DNA of 64,000 nt. It comes from Ostrea edulis. Taxonomy: Eukaryota. The stretch lies in NCBI RefSeq assembly GCF_947568905.1, contig NC_079164.1, positions 36,766,001 to 36,830,000 of the forward strand, read 5' to 3'. The translations under genes and the position numbers were made by a program. The notes beneath the pieces were generated by a model. It saw nothing but the letters and a program-made list of their open reading frames with translations. It did not search any database and had not been told where the DNA came from. Each line of letters begins with the position of its first letter. Positions within the stretch are counted from its first letter, which is position 1. Shown piece after piece: positions 33,901 to 44,595 of this stretch.

Positions 33901-36900
33901 AATTCTCATAATTTGTATTCCAGATCATTCTGTCTACTAACATCGCGGAGACATCTGTCACAATCAACGATGTTGTTTACGTGATTGACTCATGCAAGTA
34001 AGTGCACCATAAAACATTGTACACATTTTTATATTGTTTTTAATTCAACTATGAAATCAAGATTATATATCCAGTCATCAAATGCCTTCATTGAAATACT
34101 GTAGGGGATAGTGATCACATACATGTATTTCAAGCAATATTAGGTTGAAATAGAATACGATTGATTTTTACATTTATTTTTCAGAACTTTTAAATTTGCT
34201 GAGAAAGTAAATACAAATACTTTATACCTAACATTTATAGACTTTCTTTATTATAATTCCATATGTGTCTTGTTTATTTTCAGGGCTAAAATAAAGCTGT
34301 TTACATCCCACAACAACATGACAAATTACGCCACTGTTTGGGCCTCCAAGACCAACCTGGAACAGCGACGGGGCCGGGCAGGGCGTGTCAGACCGGGCTT
34401 CTGTTTCCATCTCTGCAGCCGGGCCAGGTTTGAAAGGTCGGTCAAATTCAGAATGTGTCAACTTCAGTTTTCAAACTAATACTACTTTTGAATTTCAAGT
34501 TATAAATTCTGTTTTAATACTGATAATGAAGTAATTGATAGCTACTCTGCATTTGTTTAAGCCTCTCAGTATGGCAGGTGCCATATAGTAATTACTCTAT
34601 CCATTCATCCATCTGTCAGCACTTTCTGTGGCATGTAATAAACTTTTAGTTTCTTTTGGAACATTTTCATACATTTTATACATACATGTAATATTTGAAT
34701 TAGGCAGAGGAAAACCCCCTTTTGATCTTCAGATTATTTTGCTTTATTATTTCAAAGTTATGGGACTTAGAAGAATTTTTTGATATTTATAAGATTTTCC
34801 TGAGATTGTCTGAGTAGATTTTCATAGATTTTAAAGGTTATGCTCGGATTAGGAAGAGGAAGAGTCCTCTTGATTTTCAGATTTCTTGGATTTGTTGTTA
34901 CAGAGTTATGGGACTTAAATTTTTTTTCGACAATAGCACTTTCTATGACACAAAATAACTTGCAATTACATGAGGAGATATTTATAAATTTTATATGTGA
35001 TACAAAGATTAGACAGAGGAAGGCTCCATTTGATTATCAGACTTTTTATACACCCGCATAAAAATGAGCGTATTATGCTATACTGCTGTCGTCTGTCTGT
35101 CCCTTTAACTTTGTCTTCGCAACTCCTCCTAAACACTTTGGGGGATTTTGATGAAACTTGGTACAAAGAAAGATCACAATGTGGAGCTGTGTATATTGCA
35201 AGGGGAATGCTGCACCATTATTTTTTAAGGAGTTAGGGCCCTTGGACTTAGACTTATTTTATGCAAGTTCGACTCTTGGATTTGCTTTTTTTTCTATTAA
35301 AATATTTTAGTCCCGTGGGGATCCAGGTTAGGAATAGGTCCTCAGTACCCCCTTGCTTGTCGTAAGAGGTGACTAAATGGGGCGGTCCTTCGGATGAGAC
35401 CGCAAAAACTGAGGCCCCGTGTCACAGCAGGTGTGGTACAATAAAGATCTCTACCTGCTCAATGGCCATAAGCGCCGAGCATATGCCTAAATTTTGCAGC
35501 CCTTCACCAGCAATGGTGACGTCTCCATATGAGTGAAATATTCTCTCGAGGGACGTAAAACAATATTCAATCAATCAATCAAAATATTTTGTCTTCGCAA
35601 CTCCTCCTAAACCCTTTGGAGGATTTTTATAAAACTTAGTACAAAGGAAGATCACAATGTAACAATGTGCATATTACAAGGGGAATGCTGTCCCACTATT
35701 TTTGAAGGAGTTACAGCCCTTGGACTTAGATTTGTTTAATGCAAAATACATTGTTACTGCAACTCCAATGAAATCCTTTTGTGGATAATCCTTTCCTACT
35801 TGTTCAAATTCCTTGGTTAATAATGTATGTGGGCGTATCATGTACCGGTTTAGCTATTTTTTGTCCATCCATCTGGCTCCCCATTCATCAGCACTTTCTG
35901 TGACATACGATAACTAAAGTTACCTTGGGAAGATTTTTGTCTGTCCATTCATCCTTCAGGCACCCATTCTGACTTGGCAGATTTCTAGTTCTCATAAAAA
36001 TTCCTAAACACATGTCTGTACATGAACGTTTAGGTATTTATAAAGGTAAATCTTTACTTTGTTATTGTGTAATCTTATTAATATTCATAACTGTATATTT
36101 AGGTTGGAGCAGCACACCACCCCTGAGATCTTCAGAACTCCCCTCCATGAGCTGGCCCTGGCTATCAAGCTCCTGAGACTAGGATCAATCAGCACCTTTC
36201 TGACCAAAGCCGTGGAGCCCCCTCCAATTGATGCCGTCATTGAAGCTGAGGCCTTGCTTAAAGGTAATAGCAGAATTGCGTGAATTGTACATGTGTCTCC
36301 ATCAGCCTTTAAAACTGATGTTCAATTGGTTGTACAAATGTACCTTAGATAATTATGTTTATGTTTGGTAATACAACTTTACATGTATTTCCCTTTCATA
36401 GAAATGCGAGCTCTTGATAGCAATGATGAGTTAACTCCCCTTGGAAAAATTTTGGCAAGACTTCCTATTGAACCAAGGCTGGGGAAAATGATCATCTATG
36501 GCTGTATATTCTAGTAAGTGACAAGATTCCTCTGGAGTCTGAATAAATTTTGGCAACTATTTTCTTGTCTGAATATACAAATGTATGTACACTATTTATA
36601 GATTATACTGTACAGTCCATGGATATATAAAGTGCACTGTTTGAACAGTACATGTAGGTATGGATTACACTGTTTGAACAGTACATGTACACTGTAGGTA
36701 TGGATTACACTGTTTGAACAGTACATGTACACTGTAGGTATGGATTACACTGTTTGAACAGTACATGTAGGTATGGATTACACTGTTTGAACAGTACACT
36801 GTAGGTATGGATTACACTGTTTGAACAGTACATGTAGGTATGGATTACACTGTTTGAACAGTACATGTAGGTATGGATTACACTGTTTGAACAGTACATG

Positions 36901-38131
36901 TAGGTCTGGATTACACTGTTTGAACAGTACATGTAGGTATGGATTACACTGTTTGAACAGTACATGTACATGTTGGTATGGATTACACTGTTTGCACAGT
37001 ACATGTAGGTATGGATTACACTGTTTGAACAGTACATGTAGGTATGGATTACACTGTTTGAACAGTACATGTAGGTATGGATTACACTGTTTGAACAGTA
37101 CATGTACATGTAGGTATGGATTACACTGTTTGAACAGTACATGTACACTGTAGGTATGGATTACACTGTTTGAACAGTACATGTAGGTATGGATTACACT
37201 GTTTGAACAGTACATGTAGGTATGGATTGCACTGTTTGAACAGTACATGTACATGTAGGTATGGATTACACTGTTTGAACAGTACATGTACATGTAGGTA
37301 TGGATTACACTGTTTGAACAGTACATGTACATGTAGGTATGGATTACACTGTTTGAACAGTACATGTACACTGTAGGTATGGATTACACTGTTTGAACAG
37401 TACATGTACACTGTAGGTATGGATTACACTGTTTGAACAGTACATGTACACTGTAGGTATGGATTACACTGTTTGAACAGTACATGTAGGTATGGATTGC
37501 ACTGTTTAAACAGTACATGTACATGTAGGTATGGATTACACTGTTTGAACAGTACATGTAGGCATTTTCATCTATTGCTACAGCTGTGGTGATGCGATGT
37601 GCACCGTTGCTGCCAGCACCACATTTCCGGAGCCTTTCATTACACCAACAGATCGAAGACGTCTGGGTTGGGTTCACAAATCACTGGCTGGGAATCGCTT
37701 CAGTGACCACGTAGCACTTCTCAATGCATTCAACCTGTGGGAGGATGCAAGGTAAACAGGAAATCTTATTCTATTTCAGTGAACATTTATATTTGATTTG
37801 CGATAATTCTAACAACATACAAACATGTGTAAAATAATATGAAATAAGAATATACTTTGGATCATTTTTATTTCGCGAGTCCTTATTTTCGCTTGGATAC
37901 AATGATGTATTTATTCACGAGAAATAACTTTTGCAAATTGTTATTTATTGTATAAGTCTTCCAATATGTAAGAGTTTATTTGCAAGAAATAAATTTTCTT
38001 GAATGGTAGTCTCACAAAATTGCAAATAATGTTAGCACAAATAAAATGTGATATTTGGTACATTCCAATTTGGGCCCTGGTGAGCATAGCAAGTTTAAGT
38101 TGGTAACCAATACGAAGAAAGAAATGATCAA

Positions 38132-38167
<36 letters not shown>

Positions 38168-41100
38168 GAGATGAATGTATCAAATAATGTACTTGTATCT
38201 TTTTATTCAGTCAGTTCCTCAAAGTGCTAAATGTACATAGAGAAAATGTAGTTGAAAAATCTTCGATGAATTCATGTTTTGGAATATCATTCCCCCAAAA
38301 TGTGTCAGACTATACGTGTGTTGATTGTGCTGTTTCTCGTGACAGGAGCGGGGGAGAGCAGAATGAGATGTATTTCTGCGACCAGAAGTCCTTATCCATG
38401 CAGACCCTCAGAATGACTTACGAAGCCAAGCGACAGCTCTGTGATATCCTCGTCAATGTCGGCTTCCCTGAGGAATGCATGACTCCCCTGGTCTTCAATT
38501 TCAATGGCCCAGACAGAAACCTAGATATGGTAAATTATATCATGGTGCCCTGTTGTTTGATTGCTTTTGAATGGGATTTATTTTGGTAATTTAAAGCAAC
38601 CATAGTGCCATAGTAACAGGTTATGCGTTTTTTATCAAGCTATATGACTTATACATTTTATGCATGATCAGATTAAAAAGTAATCTAATTTCATATTTAT
38701 TTACTCTTTGATCGGATAATGAATGCCCCATTTAGAAATATTTATGATCATATAATATCACAAGCTGAATTCAGAAAGTAACCAACAATATAGTGATGCG
38801 AATGTGATGGCCTGAAGGCTGTTGATAGGCCAAATTCAGTGATAAAAGACAGGGAAGTCAGTCAGACAGGAATTGTGAAGGGGGGGGGGATTTATGTTTA
38901 ACATAAAATCACTTTAGATACAACTACATATTGTAAAATCCTCTTTTTCCATGAGGTTTCTCATAGTACTTTTTCCATGCACATCCACTATAAACGTCAA
39001 TCCTTCATAAATATGCATTAAAATATCAGCATTTCTGCCTTGCATTGAATACACCAGTACTTTGTTAATACATGTTAAGAATTTGTCAAATTTGTCAGAA
39101 ATTACCTTTTGATATACACACACTGTATAGTTTAACTGACAAAATACTGGTCTGGTTTCCAACATAAAAATAAAATCCTATTTAATACAACCTATATAGC
39201 TTTAATGTTTGCGTGGATGTGGAACTGAGTTCATCACTATTAAAAAAAGAAATACCAACGATACGTATAGCTTGTGTCTGTTGTGTTGAATCTTGCAATC
39301 AGTTTCATCATTTTTAACGTTATTCCATGTTCATGTGAAGTTCACTTCAGACCCATTCCATGTTACAGATAATATCTTTGCTGTGTATGGGTTTGTACCC
39401 TAATGTGTGTTATCATAAGGAGAAGAGGAAAGTTTTGACAACGGAGAGCAGGGCAGCCCTGGTTCACAAATCTTCAGTCAATTGCTCCAACAGAGAAGTG
39501 AAATTCCCTTCACCATTCTTCGTCTTTGGTGAAAAGGTTAGTTTCAAAAATTGAAATATTTAATAGCAAAGCGCTGGCTCGTACTGCGAACTCTAATGAC
39601 TAAAGCGCGCGAAACAATCTGAGCTAAATCTAAACTTTTAACAGAACAATTATTTGACGCGAATCCCAGAAGTCCCTTGTCAAAAATGGCAGAGATCTCG
39701 CAAAGTCACACCTTGAAATATGATTGTGAATTTGCATGGATTATCATCCTAATCTTGTGGCCTCTTGAAAGTAGCTCGAAGTGCAATGTTGATGAAAGGC
39801 AGGGTAAGATGATGTGTGACGTCATGGCTACGTTCTGGCGTACATCATAATAAGACTGACAGTGGTGGATCTACATACTTTTTATTTCTATTTGTAAAAG
39901 TCGTGCCAGCAGGACAATATACTAAACATTAGGCATGCGTAATATGGCCATCGAATACAAATTGTGTATTATCGACTGCAAACCACAAATCTGATAACAA
40001 GTAGATGCAGCCATGTTGTTTACCTTTGATGCACTTCTGGTCAAACTAATGATGGACACATGTTTGTAAATCAAAAGCATTAAAGTCTGATAAAATATTG
40101 ACTTACATAATACTTGCCGCACATGCCATGTAGGTAAAGAAAAAAGAAAAGAAAAAAAAACCTAATGTTCTTCAGTCTACTGATTTAACATTGTTCATCA
40201 TAAAACACTTGGGTCTAGCTGATAGCTATTTCTGTGAAGAACTTCCAAATATAAAATATCAAAGTTCAACATTAAAGAAATAATGTTTTCTAACCTTTGA
40301 CTATACAATATTTCAAATACTGTATGTCCCAATATTGATAAGCTATGCAGAGGTATTAGTGCTCTTAGGACTGTCAAGTTAATTTTATGATTGATTCATT
40401 GTCAGGCAGTATTCTGTAACAACGTGTTGTAAATTGTTTCTTTTCTGACAGATCCGTACAAGAGCTGTATCATGTAAACAGATGTCAATGGTGTCTCCTC
40501 TACAACTGTTGATGTTTGCAGCAAGAAATGTCACCCAAGAGGAGGGCAACATAATCCTGGATAAATGGTAAACTGATATTGGGGAAGAATTCTGTGTAAA
40601 TTTAGACTTTGTAAAATATGAAAAGTATGGGTAAAGGGAGAGATATTTTCAGTGAATTGCACTTTCCCATTATTAACATTTACTAGTACATGTACCAGTA
40701 TAATGTACTTACGATAAATGTAAAGGAACATGAAATGGGCAAATGGGGGAGTTAGAGATGAAATTTTAACAAAGAATTTTTCCTTTTATGTATCATCCAG
40801 GATCAACTTAAAGCTGGAATATGAAGCAGCAGCTAAAATCGTAGCTCTGCGTCCGGCACTGGAGGCCCTGATGGTACGAGGCACTAATAATCCAGAGGGC
40901 GTTCAGAACCCGGGGCCCCAGGAGGAGACTCTAATGTCAGCTGTAAGATCCCTGTCACGCCCCAGTGCTGGGAGGTTCAACCTCAGAAGTGAAGACACTG
41001 GGTAGGTTATCAAAGATCAATATTATAAGTACTTGTAAAGAAAAAAATAAATACAAATACAATACACAAGTTTCCAAATAAGAGCTCTTTTGTGTAGGAG

Positions 41101-42177
41101 TAGCATTTTGTGCTACTCTGAATGGCTAAGTGCATGAGACAGAGTGCACCTACAGTCAGTGAGGAAGAAGATGAAAAATATAAAAAGTGGCTTCTGTTTA
41201 AAAATGTAAATGTAGGAAATACGAAATATCGTTGAAAAAAAATGTTTTACTGAAATGAAAGAATGAAAACAAGTATTTGCAAGTAACATTCTTGATATGG
41301 TATGTATGAGCAACAAATGAACATGATATGATCAGAATTTCATGAGTTTATTAACTCGCTGAATACTTATGACTTACTAGTTTTGTGTATTATTTGAATT
41401 TGGGTAATAAGATTGTGCATGAAAAACTTAATGTGTACATTCACTTACAGTGATAGTTATTTGACCCACCTTGTGTGTAAACAAATTGTGTTTCGCGCCT
41501 TACTGAACAAGAGAGAGAGTTCTTTAAAGGGAAATAATTTGAACAATTTTTGTAAAGCATAAGACAGATGTTGAATTTTTTTCCCATTAGGTTTTCATCA
41601 CCAAGCAAGTTACAATACTTGAGGAATTTAATTGCCTAGAGATTGACATCATACATTTTTTTTCTATTGTAGAGAACCACCTTTTAAGATGGCTCGGTTT
41701 GATGGTGGTCCATCTAGAGGAGGGGGGGTTAGAGGAGGTTATGGTGGGGGAATGTCTAATTACGGAGCAGGAGGAGGATATAGGGGGTTTAGAGGAGGAC
41801 GGGGAGGATTCAACAGGGGTGGAGGAGGATATGGTAATTTTCTGGTTTTATCTTGCAAAGGGACGATACACAACTTATTCAAAATAAATTGTTACATCAT
41901 ATGTGTATTGTAAATCATTCTTAAGTTAAAGAGGGAAGATTTTGATGATGAACAAAAATAGCTGCATCTTAGAATTTGGATAGGATATGAAAATGTCACC
42001 ATCAAAGTTTACTGATTTTACTTCTTTTATCTTTCAGGAGGTGGAAGAGGGTATGGTGGGGGAGGAAGAGGTTTTGGAGGAGGAGGAGGAAGAGGCTATG
42101 GAGGTGGAGGAGGAAGAGGTTTTGGAGGAGGAGGAGGAAGAGGCTATGGAGGTGGAGGGTTCAGAGGGGGCTACTAA
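12424..42177 (+). CDS. DHX9: ATP-dependent RNA helicase A (DExH-box helicase 9, maleless orthologue), 1253 aa
   Basis: 29 exons: 12424-12534, 14201-14344, 15475-15577, 15946-16064, 16579-16718, 20239-20285, 20418-20554, 22844-22933, 24741-24905, 25480-25557, 25662-25781, 26195-26408, 27272-27354, 27557-27713, 28534-28640, 28756-28854, 31275-31389, 32529-32623, 33924-33997, 34284-34436, 36103-36263, 36402-36513, 37584-37751, 38346-38529, 39369-39536, 40452-40567, 40801-41001, 41673-41833, 42038-42177 (3762 nt, phases consistent). Two dsRBDs ([11 protein letters not shown]; [15 protein letters not shown]), [49 protein letters not shown]-terminal RGG tail. Confidence 0.98.
12752..12939 (+). repeat. 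36-nt minisatellite carrying GTAAGT in each unit
   Basis: Five GTAAGT at 12771, 12807, 12843, 12879, 12915. Confidence 0.9.
13942..14107. mobile_element. MITE family A copy
   Basis: TA|CAGGAAAACATG...GTATTACTG|TA, 93 nt upstream of DHX9 coding exon 2. Confidence 0.6.
14919..15462 (+). repeat. 21-nt minisatellite (~26 copies) ending 12 nt before a DHX9 exon
   Basis: Unit ATGTATGTTTTAGATAAGA(C/T)(A/G). Confidence 0.95.
16091..16341 (+). repeat. 36-nt minisatellite (7 copies) containing a MITE left end
   Basis: Unit GCAGCCAAACATCTCAAAATGATGCTACAGTGAAAC; the last unit runs into the MITE at 16333. Confidence 0.95.
16333..16499. mobile_element. MITE family A copy
   Basis: TA|CAGTGAAACGC...GTGTTTTACTG|TA. 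Confidence 0.75.
17518..17790 (+). mobile_element. Helentron/pearl-like fragment
   Basis: TTATACCGCACACAACAAGTTGTGG start and GCAACTCCTCTGAAACCGC core, similar to other such elements in the window. Confidence 0.45.
20591..21106. mobile_element. Non-autonomous TTAA-target (Kolobok-like) element, 516 bp
   Basis: TTAA|AGGGACTGATTCACGATTTT...AAAATCGTGAACCAGTCCCT|TTAA; 20-bp TIR, 1 mismatch. Confidence 0.8.
21165..22706. mobile_element. MITE family A copy interrupted by a 1386-bp insertion
   Basis: Left part 21165-21304 and right part 22691-22706 rejoin to the family pattern CCTGGAG...GCTATAAC...TTTTACTG. Confidence 0.8.
21305..22690. mobile_element. Non-autonomous Tc1/mariner(pogo)-like element, 1386 bp
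   Basis: TA TSD; 23-bp TIR CAGTGGAACC(C/T)GTTATTACGTT with 1 mismatch; repeated subterminal AACGTAATA motifs; no transposase ORF. Confidence 0.85.
22926..23240 (+). repeat. 32-nt tandem repeat copying a DHX9 donor junction (coding exon 8)
   Basis: Unit TACCTCCA|GTAGGTCAAACTTATCAATATTCA; true donor GTAAGT at 22934; about 10 units. Confidence 0.92.
24460..24565. repeat. Foldback element, ~39-bp arms
   Basis: ATTATGGAATATTTAGCAGGGAGACATCCCAAATTATCA / TGATAATTTGTGATGTCTCCCTGCTAAACAGTCCATAAT. Confidence 0.8.
25822..25977. mobile_element. MITE family A copy (same orientation as 287-442, opposite to 16333 and 21165)
   Basis: TA|CAGTAAATCTC...GTGTATTACTG|TA. Confidence 0.6.
26487..27257 (+). mobile_element. 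Helentron/pearl-like element
   Basis: TTTTATGTCCCCC...GAGGGGGCAT 5' inverted motif, GTCG/GTTG microsatellite, repeated cores, GGGGGCATATATG...TCTTGTT end. Confidence 0.65.
27741..27940. mobile_element. MITE family A copy with duplicated left end
   Basis: CAGTAAAACA...CAGCAAACACACTTATAATG occurs twice in tandem. Confidence 0.55.
29328..29462. repeat. Foldback element, ~135 bp
   Basis: ATAAGGAATCACTGTCTAGTTTGTTGGGTG... / ...ATACCCAACAAACGACAACAGTAATTCCTTAT, with inner GAAAATG/CATTTTC arms. Confidence 0.7.
29718..29808. repeat. (TA)n microsatellite
   Basis: Direct reading. Confidence 0.95.
29809..30806. mobile_element. Non-autonomous TA-target TIR element (998 bp) inserted in (TA)n
   Basis: 23-bp TIR CAGTAAAATATCT(C/G)TATCTCGAA with 1 mismatch; repeated TTCGAGATA motifs; (TA)n on both sides. 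Confidence 0.85.
30851..30906 (-). ncRNA. Hammerhead-ribozyme-like core, possible Penelope-like element remnant (probably degenerate)
   Basis: Minus: CTGAAGA-A-GACCG-gtaaca-CGGTC-GAAA (30897-30870); flanking TAAACAC/GTGTTTA could form stem I; the cleavage junction does not fit the canonical geometry. Confidence 0.4.
31831..32106 (+). repeat. 55-nt tandem repeat (5 copies) resembling an amplified SINE head
   Basis: Begins at an A-box-like TGGCCTAATGG; ends in CAGACGTTTTAACATAGGTAG, similar to AAGACATAAACATAGGTAG in the SINE at 49108. Confidence 0.75.
32592..33085 (+). repeat. 33-nt tandem repeat copying a DHX9 donor junction (coding exon 18)
   Basis: Unit TGTTTGAACCAGTCACAAAG|GTAAGATNCT...; nine intact AG|GTAAGA copies after the true donor at 32624, then degenerate copies. 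Confidence 0.95.
33214..33850 (+). mobile_element. Helentron/pearl-like element inserted in a short local tandem repeat
   Basis: TTATTATACCCCCCGC...GCGGGAGGTAT...GTGAGCATTGCTCAC...CTCTTGTT; three ~150-bp cores; TTAGACTACTTTTCTG...GTTGGATA unit on both flanks. Confidence 0.7.
35043..35760 (+). mobile_element. Helentron/pearl-like element hosting a SINE
   Basis: TTTTATACACCCGC start, (GTCT)n, core repeated either side of the SINE; right end uncertain. Confidence 0.55.
35309..35580 (+). mobile_element. SINE with (TCAA)n tail and 10-bp TSD
   Basis: TSD AAAATATTTT at 35299-35308 and 35581-35590; 3' half shared with the SINEs at 49108, 53620 and 54916. Confidence 0.8.
36635..37561 (+). repeat. 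33/39-nt minisatellite (~26 units) ending 22 nt before a DHX9 exon
   Basis: Unit CACTGTTTGAACAGTACATGTAGGTATGGATTA with TACATG / TACAC length variants. Confidence 0.95.
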
Positions 42178-42256
42178 AAACAGCAATGTCAGAATGATTG
42201 TTTTAGTATTCAGTGACTTAAATGTTTAATCATGACTTTTACAGATATTTGTTGTT

Positions 42257-42314
42257 AATAAATGTGCAATTTTTGTATGTTAAGCCATACTATTAATGCT
42301 ATTCATTGAATAAA
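42257..42314 (+). terminator. Candidate DHX9 polyadenylation signals
   Basis: AATAAA at 42257 and 42309, downstream of the stop at 42177. Confidence 0.55.
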
Positions 42315-42667
42315 GAATTTGCATTTCACCAATTTGTTACATTTTTAACACATGTGCAGCATACGGCAGTATTCTGTATATCTCCCCATTACATTTTATA
42401 TTTGTATTTTATATTTGAAGTTTAAGGCTAGAAAGTCATATTAGCTAAACCTGACATGAATCTCAATGCGCTAAATAGCAATGTGTCGGAGTAACTTCCT
42501 CTTGCCCTACAACTCCACTCAGTTGAGAGTCATGTCACACTTAATGGTCAATGTGAAACTTAACTACTAGAATGAGCATCCTATATTTCAACATTGCCAA
42601 AATACTGCTGCAGAGATATGCCCTATACTTCCCCATGAATGTGATGCAGTTGTGAACAATGCATGTA

Positions 42668-42842
42668 CAGTCAAACCTAGTTATCTCGAACTTGATGGGA
42701 CTGTGAAATTTTTTTCGAGATATACAAAGATACGAGGTATAGAGGGTAAAATACTAAAAAATTATAGGTTGGAACTTCCAAATCACTTTGACATATCCAT
42801 GGTATTTGAGATATCGGTGTTCAAGATACCAAAGTTCAACTG
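42668..42842. mobile_element. TA-target MITE related to the 29809 element
   Basis: TA|CAGTCAAACCTAGTTATCTCGAA...TTCAAGATACCAAAGTTCAACTG|TA. Confidence 0.65.
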
Positions 42843-42974
42843 TATTGGATTTTGTTAATTTTAATGGCTGGAAATTCACACAGAAATGAAAGTAGAATGT
42901 AAATTTAAGAAATAAATTTCAGTTTTGAAAATATGTAAAGGTATGGATGCAACACTTCACTCCGGCATTCATCT

Positions 42975-43950
42975 TTTTTAGATCACCTAAGTCACTTGGG
43001 TGACCTATAAATGTCGTTGGTCTTTGTCTTTCATCGTTGGTCAACAACTTTACATTTTTCTTCTTGAAAATTGCAAGGCAAATTGTTACAATTTTTGGTG
43101 TGAAGCTTCTTTAGGATAAGAGGAATGTAAATTGTGAAATTTATGATATTAGCTCCCCAGGGCCTCATGGACGAGTCAAAACTGCAAAAAATGCCAAATA
43201 TTCAAAAATCTTCTCTACTCCCACATGCGAGAGAAAAACTAAATGCATGATTATTATGTTCACGAAGCCCTCTACTAAAATTGTGAAATTCATGGTCCCT
43301 AGGGCTGGGCCAATATGACCATATGATGAACATGTATTGAATCTTGGAAAAAAATCTCTACTCCCAAAAACTAAATGCATGATTATGATGTCCATGAAGC
43401 TCTCTATCAACTTGTGAAATTCATGGCCCCTGGGTCAGAGGTGCAGGCCCTAGGGTGGGGCTAAAATGGCCATATAGTGAAAATGTATTAAATCTTAGAA
43501 AATATTCTCTACTTTCATATATATTTGAGAAAAACTAAATGCATGATTATGATGTCCATGAAGCTCTCTACCTGACTTGTGAAATTCATGGGTCAGGGGT
43601 TCAGGCCTTGGGCTGGACCAGTATGACCACATCATGAAAATGTATTAAAAAATTAGTTTTTCTTCTTTACTTTTACAGTCACGATAGATAAACTAAATGA
43701 TGTCTGTAATGTCCTCCTCTTCAGTTGTGAAATTCATGGTTTCAGGGAGGGGGGGGGGGGGTCAAAATGATTTATGTGCTTCAAACTCTTCTGTAATTTG
43801 AATAGGAATTGTATGCATATTTTGAAAGATATCATAAACGTGCACAATTTTTTAAAGATTCCATATTGAGGCTTAAATGCAAATATGAAATTTCCTGTAT
43901 GGGCTATGATACTCAGGTGACTGTTAAGTCCTGTGGGCCTTTAAATTGTT
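42975..43950 (+). mobile_element. Helentron/pearl-like element with tandem cores
   Basis: TTTTAGATCACCTAAGTCACTTGGGTGACC 5' hairpin; repeated AAACTAAATGCATGATTAT cores; GGTGACTGTTAAGTCCTGTGGGCC end. Confidence 0.65.
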
Positions 43951-44595
43951 TTGCCCTAGCTGTCTGTCATTCTGTCCAAAACTTTAACCTTGCTCATGAT
44001 CTTTAAGTGGTGCGTAATAGAATCTCATATTTCATTTGTACATTCCTTGTAACAAGACCTTTCTTTTGACGCTAAAGGTTTTGCCCTTGTTACCTTAGAG
44101 TTTGACCTACCTCTAAGAAAAGTTATGTTGGCAATATATCTTGTATATCAAACAAGATATCCCATAAAGTTTATGAGATATCTTATACAATATAAGAGAT
44201 ATATTATAAACTGTCTTTTATAAGATATCTTATAAAGTTAGAAATATCTTATATCAAAAACGTTCATAAGATATCTTCTAAAGTTTAAGAGATTTCTCAT
44301 ATACAATTAATATAAGATATCTCATACATTTAATTAAATGAGATATCTTTAATTAAAAATATATATATATAATATACCTCATATTTTATAATATATCTTA
44401 TTAAATTTATGAGATATCTTTAAAAAGGAATAAATGTAAAAACGGTGCCATAAAGAGCAATAGCCTGCTGCAACACAACAAAAGTTCGAATCGCATTTTT
44501 TTGTTGTTGTTGTTGTTTTGTTTGGGTGTTTTTTTTTGCGGTATGTTATAGACTCGGGATCGAATATCAATATATTCTGAACACATCGCATAACT

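Noticed and set aside
14919-37677. Periodic ORFs at 14919, 16056/16089, 32474 and 36705-37677
   Set aside because: Translations of minisatellites whose unit length is a multiple of 3; no splice or homology support.
41987-42229. Glu-rich ORF in the track
   Set aside because: It is an alternative frame of the DHX9 RGG exon.
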